A stretch of DNA of 54,768 bases from Clostridia bacterium (GTDB lineage Bacteria > Bacillota > Clostridia > Ch29), in NCBI GenBank assembly GCA_035655175.1, contig DASRVG010000123.1, positions 1-54,768 on the forward strand, written 5' to 3'. Made by a program: the position numbers and the translations under genes. This document shows, in pieces, positions 46,414-54,768 of the stretch. The stretch's first letter is position 1. Each line of letters opens with the position of its first letter. The notes beneath the pieces were generated by a model that had not been told where the DNA came from, did no database searches, and saw only the letters and a list, made by a program, of their open reading frames with translations.

Positions 46414-48051
46414 ATGGATTCTTCCCGCCTTTTATACCTTTTAAAGACTCTTGTGGCCTGCCCCAGCACCACCGATACCCGAGAAGAAGTCGGGATGTAC
46501 AGGGAGATACACAGGCTGCTGGCCGAAATGGAATACTTCAGGGGCAATCCCGGGAACCTTATGCTTCACCCCGTTCCCGGGGACCGGCACGGCAGGGCGG
46601 CGGTCGCGGCCCTGGTAGAGGGGAGGGGTAAAAGGACCGTTATACTGTCAGGCCATTACGACGTGATGGATACTATAGACTACGGGCCCTACAGGGAATA
46701 CGCCCTTGATACCGATGCGCTGGCAGGGGTGCTGAATTCGTCAGCCCTGCCGGGCGAGGCGGCGGCCGACCTAAGGTCCGGCGACTGGATATTCGGAAGG
46801 GGCACCGCAGACATGAAAGGCGGCCTCGCTTTATTTATGGCTTTCTTGGAGCAGGTTTCAAGGCAGCCGGATAAACTTTTCGGCAGTCTTTTGTTCCTTG
46901 CCGTACCCGACGAGGAAACCAACTCCGCCGGGATGACCGGGTCGGTGGAGTTTCTGAACCGGCTGTCAGAGGAAAGGGGCCTGGAATACATATGCCTTGT
47001 AAACTCGGAACCCAGCACCTTCAATGATGACGGCACCTATAACATATATACCGGCTCTGTGGGCAAGATGCTGCCCCTTATATACTGTTTCGGGAGGGAG
47101 ACCCATGCCCGGGAGCCCTTTAAGGGGATAAATGCAAACCTTATAATGTCGGAGATAATAAGGGAGGTCGAGGGCAATCCCCTGCTGTCCGACGAGTTTG
47201 AAGATGTCTACACCATGCCCCCGGCAAACTTAAAAGCCAAGGACCTGAGGGATGGGTATTCCATATCTACTCCGCCCGCATCCGCCTGCTGCTTCAACAT
47301 GCTGTCCTGCAGGCGCCCCCCGGGGGAGCTTATACTATTATTAAAACAGACCGCCGCCCGGTGCTTTAAAAGGGCATTAGGCACCGTTAACCAAAGGATT
47401 GAAGAGTACAATTCAAGGTCGGGCTGCGGTATAGAAAAACTGGAATGGGAACCGAAAGTCTATACCTACGACGAGCTTTACTCAATGTGCCATGAAAGGC
47501 ACGGCAGCACCCTGGAAAAACATATGAAGGAATTTGCGGCCGGCCCGGCTGTCCGGGATACCGACTGGAGAGAAGCAACCATAAGGATTATAAATACACT
47601 TCATTCCTTTTGTCCAGACCGGGACCCCAAAATAATAATTACCTTCGCCCCGCCCTATTACCCCCACGTGACGGTGGACGGAAAGTCTTATAAGGGTGCC
47701 GCTGTATTAAGGGCAGTGGATTCTCTTTTAGAATACTCGGCCGGGGAACTTGGAATACCACTTAAAGTCAACCGGTTCTTTGACGGCATATCCGACCTAA
47801 GCTACTGCTCCATACAGGATGCCGGGGACGTTATCAGGGAATTAAAACCCAATATGCCCCTTTGGGGACATTCCTACTCGATACCCGTTGAAGAGATAAA
47901 AAGGCTTAATGTGCCCGGCATAATATTAGGCCCCTGGGGCAGGGACCTGCACAAATACACAGAGAGGTTAAACAAGAGTTTCTTCCTGGATGCTGCGCCT
48001 AAAATGCTGGAGTTTTATGTAGGCTCCCTGCTTGGCGCGGGTGCCGATTAA
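46414..48051 (+). CDS. M20/M25/M40-family metallohydrolase, RocB-like
   Basis: 545 aa. ILSGHYDVMD, GRGTADMKGG, AVPDEETNSAG. Confidence 0.75.
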   Translation: MDSSRLLYLLKTLVACPSTTDTREEVGMYREIHRLLAEMEYFRGNPGNLMLHPVPGDRHGRAAVAALVEGRGKRTVILSGHYDVMDTIDYGPYREYALDTDALAGVLNSSALPGEAAADLRSGDWIFGRGTADMKGGLALFMAFLEQVSRQPDKLFGSLLFLAVPDEETNSAGMTGSVEFLNRLSEERGLEYICLVNSEPSTFNDDGTYNIYTGSVGKMLPLIYCFGRETHAREPFKGINANLIMSEIIREVEGNPLLSDEFEDVYTMPPANLKAKDLRDGYSISTPPASACCFNMLSCRRPPGELILLLKQTAARCFKRALGTVNQRIEEYNSRSGCGIEKLEWEPKVYTYDELYSMCHERHGSTLEKHMKEFAAGPAVRDTDWREATIRIINTLHSFCPDRDPKIIITFAPPYYPHVTVDGKSYKGAAVLRAVDSLLEYSAGELGIPLKVNRFFDGISDLSYCSIQDAGDVIRELKPNMPLWGHSYSIPVEEIKRLNVPGIILGPWGRDLHKYTERLNKSFFLDAAPKMLEFYVGSLLGAGAD

Positions 48052-48101
48052 ACACCGGGATGTATATTAAGACTGCATGTTGGCCTTGTCAATGTTGCAT
48101 G

Positions 48102-50144
<2,043 letters not shown>

Positions 50145-50261
50145 GGGGCATCACCTCCTGATGGATATAAATCTCAAATCTTAATTATCCCCAAATACCT
50201 CTTTTATATTCTTTTCAAAACTTTCTTTCGGTTCCCTTTGGGATTTGTAACCGGATACAGC

Positions 50262-50309
50262 GGAATAAAGCAGAGGGTGACTGGCCATTCAAAGCCCGTC
50301 ACCCTCTGC
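50262..50309 (-). terminator. Rho-independent terminator of the TAXI-TRAP operon
   Basis: 12-bp stem GCAGAGGGTGAC / GTCACCCTCTGC (50270-50281 / 50298-50309) followed on the minus strand by TTTATT. Confidence 0.75.
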
Positions 50310-50332
50310 CGAGTTTCAAGAACCTAATCTCC

Positions 50333-51325
50333 TTATTTCAGAACTCCTACTTCCTTATAGTACTTAATCGCGCCGTCGTGCAGCGGAAGCCCTGCCAGGT
50401 CTGTCACCGCATCTTCCATTTTTAAGTCCTTTAATGCGCTGTTGGACTGTTTTAAAGTGTCTATGTTTTCCCAGAAGGATTTGGTCAGGTCGTATACCAC
50501 ATCCTCCGGAAGGTCTGCGCTTGTAAACATCGCCATCTTTATCGCAGAGGTTGTGATATCCTGCTCCTGTCCTTCATAGGTTCCGGCGGGAATAGTGTAC
50601 TTCGCGTACCAGGGGTATTTCCCTTTAAGCCCGGCGATTATTTCCTCGTCTATGGGAACCAGCTTACCGTTCGCAGTGGTGGTAATCTCGGTAACGGCGG
50701 CGGTAGGCAGTCCCGCCATAATCCAGGCCCCGTCCAACTGCTTGTTTCTCATGAGGTCGATCGCTTCGGTAAAACCGACGAATTGTACGTTTAAACCATC
50801 GGGGTAGTCAACACCCGCTTCTTCCAAGTGCAGTTTTGTTTCCACTTCCGTTGTGCTCCCCGGAGCGCCCGAGGCAAAGTTTTTCCCTTCTATATCCCTT
50901 AAGCTGTCAATACCTGCATCCCTTCTTACAACAACCTGGTTTGGATTGTAGTACAGGCCGGAAAGCACCCTCAGCTTTTCGTTGGGCCTTCCCTCAAATA
51001 CGGCTTCCCCTTTATAGGACTGGTACATTATGCTGGTTACAGCCATGCTCACCTGGGCTTCGCCGCTTTGTAAAAGGTTTAAATTGTCTATCCCCCCGTT
51101 GGAGGCCTGCGCATTTGCTTTCACATAGCCTAATTCGTCGTTCCATAATTTGGCCAGGGACGAACCCAGGGGATAAAGCGCCCCCGTTGTAGCCGCGGTC
51201 GGGATATTGATTACTACCGTTTCCCTGCCTCCCTGCTCGTTTTTTGTCTTACTTTCGTCCGTTGTCCCAATGCATCCGGAAAGAATTACAAGAGTTGCTA
51301 GGATTAGTAATAACACTCTTTTCAT
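50333..51325 (-). CDS. TAXI-family TRAP transporter solute-binding lipoprotein
   Basis: 330 aa with lipobox ILSGC. TGALYPLGSSLAKLWN, SNGGIDNLNLL and GAIKYYKE are typical of TAXI (TRAP-associated extracytoplasmic immunogenic) receptors. Confidence 0.85.
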   Translation of the reverse strand: MKRVLLLILATLVILSGCIGTTDESKTKNEQGGRETVVINIPTAATTGALYPLGSSLAKLWNDELGYVKANAQASNGGIDNLNLLQSGEAQVSMAVTSIMYQSYKGEAVFEGRPNEKLRVLSGLYYNPNQVVVRRDAGIDSLRDIEGKNFASGAPGSTTEVETKLHLEEAGVDYPDGLNVQFVGFTEAIDLMRNKQLDGAWIMAGLPTAAVTEITTTANGKLVPIDEEIIAGLKGKYPWYAKYTIPAGTYEGQEQDITTSAIKMAMFTSADLPEDVVYDLTKSFWENIDTLKQSNSALKDLKMEDAVTDLAGLPLHDGAIKYYKEVGVLK

Positions 51326-51368
51326 GTCAACGTCTCCTTTCCATTTCTTAATTGGTTAGAGTATCTGT

Positions 51369-53321
51369 TTAAGCATATTGTTTACGTCTCATCTGAACAA
51401 AAATGACAGCCGATAAAATAACAATCCCCAGGATATCCGTTTGCAGCTTTGGGTCAATTGCGAATAACCCGACAATACAAAGCAGTATTCTCGTAACCAT
51501 GGAACATTTTCTAAGCAGCATTCCCTCCAGGCCTGCCGCCAGGCAAAAAACCCCGATTGAGGCGGTGATTAAAGTCCTGGCCGTCAATAATGCTGTCACG
51601 TCCTGGGCGCTTCCAAGCAGCAAAACGGGATTATCCAAGAAGAAAAAGGGCAGAATGAAACCCGTAATGCCTAATTTTACTGCAATCAGTGATGTCTTGG
51701 TCTGGTTTGCCCTTGCTATTCCTGCTGCTACATAGGAACTCATGGCTACCGGCGGCGTAATATTGGATAAACAGGCATAAATGAGGCAGAACATATGCGC
51801 GGCCATCGGCGTTGCCCCTACCTTAATGAGCACGGGTACGGCCACTGCTGCAACAATAACGTATGCAGCCACACCGGGAACGCCCATGCCCAGTATCGTA
51901 CTCATGACCATTACCATAAATCCTCCCAGGAAAAGTTGCCCCTCCCTTACAACTTCCAGAATCAAATGGCCGAAATTAAGTCCCAACCCGGTTAAAGAGA
52001 CGGTACCGATAATAAGGCCAATCAAAACACAGGATACGCCTACCCCAACAGCGCTTCTTGCACCTTCCGCCGTCGCTTCTATAATGGTCTTTAAGTCCAT
52101 CCTGGTTTCTTTTCTCAGCCAGGATGCCGCCAAGGTGGCAAAAATGGAAGCACCCGCTGCAAACAACGGTGTATATCCCAGCAGCATCATCCCTATTAAA
52201 ACCGCCAAGGGAATAAGCAAATGTCCTCTTTTCTTTATTAGCTCCAGGGCATCCGGGATATTTTCCTTTGACAGCCCTTTAAGGCCTAATTTCTTCGCCT
52301 CCAGGTGGACGGAGGCCATGATACCCAAATAGTATAAGAACGCCGGGAAAAAGGCTGCAATCATTACCTTGGTATAGCTTATCCCCAGGAACTCCGCCAT
52401 AACAAAACCTACGGCACCCATAATGGGCGGTGTAAACTGTCCCCCGGTGGAAGCTACCGCTTCTACCGCCGCAGCAAAATCGGCCTTATATCCTATCTTT
52501 TTCATTAAAGGTATTGTGATTGTTCCGGTGGTGGCTACATTTGCAATGGCACTGCCATTAATCATTCCCAAAAGGGCGCTTGCCAATACCGCAACCTTTG
52601 CCGGGCCGCCGGTGGAACGCCCCACCAGGGTCAGTGCAATATCGTTTATAAACTGGCTGAACCCGCTGTACTTCAAGTAGCTTCCAAACAGTACAAAGGT
52701 AAAAATGTAGGTGGCGCTGACGCCTATGCCCACTCCGAAGATTCCCTGGCTTCCCCAAAACATATGGCTCAAAACCCTTTTTAGCGTGAACCCGGAATGC
52801 CCCAGGATACCCGGTATAAACTTCCCAAACCAGTTAAACAGCAGGAAAACCACTGATAAAACGGCCAGGTTCCTGCTTGCCCTTCTTCCCGCTTCCAATA
52901 CCAATACAATGCTTATTCCCGCCACTATTACATCGGTTTTATTTAAAAACCCGCCTGACATGGCTACTCTTTTATAGTTTAGAACCATATATCCAAAAAC
53001 AATAACCGTTATGATTACAAGCAGGCTGTCCAGAACAGGTACGAACCTTCTTGTCCTTTTCTCTTTACCGAAACAGGGATAAAACAAAAACGTAAACATT
53101 AATAAAAACAGGGCGTGATACGCTCTTAGGGTAATGGCATCCATAACTCCTAAGGTATTGTAATACAGCTGGAAGATTGCCCACGCTATTAATAAAGCCG
53201 TCATTAGCGTGCCGAAGAAACCTCTGTATTCTCTAGTGCGCATATTCGCATCCTTTTCCTCCAGCAGCCTCTCTGCGTCTCTTACTATTTCATTTTGCTT
53301 GGAATTTTCTTGCTCTTTCAT
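51369..53321 (-). CDS. TRAP transporter fused permease (TAXI-type, DctQ-DctM fusion)
   Basis: About 650 aa from ATG 53321, highly hydrophobic with many TM segments. The layout matches the TAXI-associated fused 4TM/12TM permease. The track's ORF start 53411 lies inside the upstream leader terminator. Confidence 0.85.
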   Translation of the reverse strand: MKEQENSKQNEIVRDAERLLEEKDANMRTREYRGFFGTLMTALLIAWAIFQLYYNTLGVMDAITLRAYHALFLLMFTFLFYPCFGKEKRTRRFVPVLDSLLVIITVIVFGYMVLNYKRVAMSGGFLNKTDVIVAGISIVLVLEAGRRASRNLAVLSVVFLLFNWFGKFIPGILGHSGFTLKRVLSHMFWGSQGIFGVGIGVSATYIFTFVLFGSYLKYSGFSQFINDIALTLVGRSTGGPAKVAVLASALLGMINGSAIANVATTGTITIPLMKKIGYKADFAAAVEAVASTGGQFTPPIMGAVGFVMAEFLGISYTKVMIAAFFPAFLYYLGIMASVHLEAKKLGLKGLSKENIPDALELIKKRGHLLIPLAVLIGMMLLGYTPLFAAGASIFATLAASWLRKETRMDLKTIIEATAEGARSAVGVGVSCVLIGLIIGTVSLTGLGLNFGHLILEVVREGQLFLGGFMVMVMSTILGMGVPGVAAYVIVAAVAVPVLIKVGATPMAAHMFCLIYACLSNITPPVAMSSYVAAGIARANQTKTSLIAVKLGITGFILPFFFLDNPVLLLGSAQDVTALLTARTLITASIGVFCLAAGLEGMLLRKCSMVTRILLCIVGLFAIDPKLQTDILGIVILSAVIFVQMRRKQYA

Positions 53322-53353
53322 GGGAACCCTCGCCTTATGTAAGTCATAAATTA

Positions 53354-53595
53354 TAAAAAACAGGCTATTCTTCCCCAATGGAGCGAATAGCCTGTCCGCG
53401 GTACCATCCAAATTTATTTCTTAATTTCCTATAACGGTATTAACCGGCCGGGCCTACTCTCCAAAGGTTTCAGCCTGCAGCTCAAGGGTGTATTCAACAA
53501 CCGTAGCTTATGGGCTCTCACCTCTTCCCACTCTCTGTGAAGCATCCGTATTGCCTACTTCTCCCTGTCATTGCTTTTTCATTATAAAATTAATT
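53354..53595 (-). promoter_or_regulatory. T-box riboswitch leader, specifier codon UAC (tyrosine)
   Basis: The minus strand reads GCAATGAcagGGAGAAGTAgg (GA/K-turn + AGUA), AGAGAG, GGTGAGA, then the specifier-loop 3' side GAA-TAC-A (TAC = 53492..53490). The T-box sequence AAATTTGGATGGTACCGCGG lies at 53415..53396. The terminator is ACAGGCTATTC...GAATAGCCTGT + TTTTTT (53395..53355). Confidence 0.85.
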
Positions 53596-53601
53596 GTGCC
53601 T

Positions 53602-53630
53602 AATCTACCACATTCTTAAGCCGATGTCAA
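53602..53630 (-). promoter_or_regulatory. Sigma-A promoter driving the T-box leader
   Basis: Minus strand: TTGACA (53630..53625), 17 nt, TAGATT (53607..53602). Confidence 0.6.
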
Positions 53631-53657
53631 CCATAAAAACAATCCTTTCCTCCTTGG

Positions 53658-53678
53658 CACGGGGACGGTTCTCTTGTC
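53658..53678 (-). repeat. Isolated copy of the GARGRACCGTCCYC motif (minus-strand reading GACAAGAGAACCGTCCCCGTG)
   Basis: Direct comparison with the four copies at 38.6-38.8 kb. Confidence 0.5.
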
Positions 53679-53714
53679 TTTAATGCCTGCAAGCCTCTCT
53701 CCATGTAACGTGCG

Positions 53715-54440
53715 TTACCTATAATCTATACCGGCCTTTGCCGCCTGGGACAGCTGGTACTTTCTTTTTATCCTGTATATTCGATTCCCTTTGCGAAAGT
53801 AAGCCCCGGTCTGCCTGAAAGTAAAGGGCACGTCGTACTGGATGCATTGTTCCCTGGTGGAAAGCACCCACTCAAAGTCGCACAGCCGGGCATTGCTGCC
53901 GGATTCGCCGCCGCAGGTCACACCATGTATCCGGTCATTATACTTTTCAAGATAGGGCCTTATGTCAATGGGCTCCAGCATCGGTTCATGGATTATGGAC
54001 CGGTACTTTATCGGCAGTTCAAGAAATATCGGCAGCCTTTTGTCGGTCATTTCCTGGTTCTCGCAGGTACAGCAGATATGCACATTTTCATACCCGTCAC
54101 CCCAGTCGGGCGGAAGGCTTATATAGAATCGTTCGGGCCGCTTGGTAATAAAGAAAAACCGAAGGTCGGAACGCTCCTTCATAAACCTCCAGGCATCTAT
54201 GCGCCATTCATCTGCTTCCGGGTGGAAAAAGTCCGATGTGAAGCAGGCATACACTATGCCGTCGCCGGGCTTAAGTTTATACTCGCCTTTACGGTTTTTC
54301 CTTACCGGCAGGTCAAAGGATGAGGTTTTGTGCACCACCGAAGCGTCCTTTTCATACTTTGCATCCCGCCTATATACATAACAATTCTTGCAGCCATCAC
54401 TGATTTTGGTGCATCCGTGCCAAGGATTCCAAACGGCCAT
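53715..54440 (-). CDS. DUF5131-family protein (phage Gp37/Gp68-like)
   Basis: 241 aa from ATG 54440 (GGGAGG RBS). MAVWNPWHGCTKISDGCKNCY N-terminus and FFITKRPER match the Gp37/Gp68 family pattern. Confidence 0.8.
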   Translation of the reverse strand: MAVWNPWHGCTKISDGCKNCYVYRRDAKYEKDASVVHKTSSFDLPVRKNRKGEYKLKPGDGIVYACFTSDFFHPEADEWRIDAWRFMKERSDLRFFFITKRPERFYISLPPDWGDGYENVHICCTCENQEMTDKRLPIFLELPIKYRSIIHEPMLEPIDIRPYLEKYNDRIHGVTCGGESGSNARLCDFEWVLSTREQCIQYDVPFTFRQTGAYFRKGNRIYRIKRKYQLSQAAKAGIDYR

Positions 54441-54726
54441 ACAAAGCCGCCTCCCTTTACCTTTTTTCATCCACCAGTTCTATGCAGAGGAATGCGCTCT
54501 TTGTTTCCCCTCCCCGTAATAATGTTAGTCCAATGGTCAAATATTTTCAAGGAGGCTTGTAGAGAAGGACGGCAAGGACTTGGGTTGTTTTTGGCCTATT
54601 TAAAACATTTTAAGACACGAGAATCGTCAGACTGTGCCAAATTGGTAAACTATGCTAAGATGGTTTCCATTAAATCACAGCCTCTATAATGCGTCCTTTG
54701 TACCAGTTATTGTTAATATGTGGCCT

Positions 54727-54766
54727 AAAGAGGTTGAAAGAGTAAAAATCCCCTTTCAATCTCTTT
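54727..54766. other. 14-bp hairpin at the window edge, function unknown
   Basis: AAAGAGGTTGAAAG (54727-54740) pairs with CTTTCAATCTCTTT (54753-54766) with one G-U, around a 12-nt loop. The window ends 2 nt later. Confidence 0.4.
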
Positions 54767-54768
54767 AT

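Noticed and set aside
54727-54768. Possible first repeat of a CRISPR array at the window end.
   Set aside because: Only one copy of the sequence is visible, no cas genes are present in the window, and the element is a simple hairpin. It cannot be called a CRISPR from this window.

Overview
A 54.8 kb chromosomal segment from a spore-forming Firmicute, Clostridia-like, at roughly 50-60% G+C over most of its length. About 85% is coding, and most genes lie on the minus strand. I found no rRNA, tRNA, CRISPR array, transposase or integrase. Contents in order: (1) a partial sdpI-like gene and an ArsR/SdpR-like repressor with a perfect palindromic operator; (2) a two-P-loop ATPase divergent from an orphan ParM-like actin; (3) a YtrA-type GntR/ABC operon; (4) a minus-strand sugar-phosphate and glucan block: nucleotidyltransferase-PMM fusion, 2886-aa cyclic beta-1,2-glucan synthase homologue, phosphoglucomutase, pgi; (5) glnA, a cupin, a Gly/Gln-rich lipoprotein and CapA; (6) nitroreductase-DUF6092-like-PucR, then OppABCDF, an M29-like protein and DUF917; (7) an AT-rich island (about 35.5-38.8 kb) holding Cys-rich redox proteins, a GNAT, gene remnants and a cluster of a short G/C-rich repeat; (8) a spore-coat and polysaccharide cluster (cotSA-like GT4, two CotS-family kinases, amphi-Trp protein, epimerase, CotE homologue, UDP-glucose dehydrogenase); (9) C_GCAxxG, a RocB-like M20 peptidase and a YyaL-like thioredoxin-domain protein; (10) a TAXI-TRAP transporter preceded by a T-box leader whose specifier reads UAC (Tyr); (11) a DUF5131 (phage Gp37/Gp68-like) gene. 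The items I consider most worth follow-up are the Tyr T-box on a TAXI-TRAP transporter, the cyclic-glucan synthase operon in a monoderm spore former, the PucR/Opp/M29-like/DUF917 locus, and the AT-rich island with its repeat cluster. All family assignments come from reading the motifs in the translations. No database search was run.
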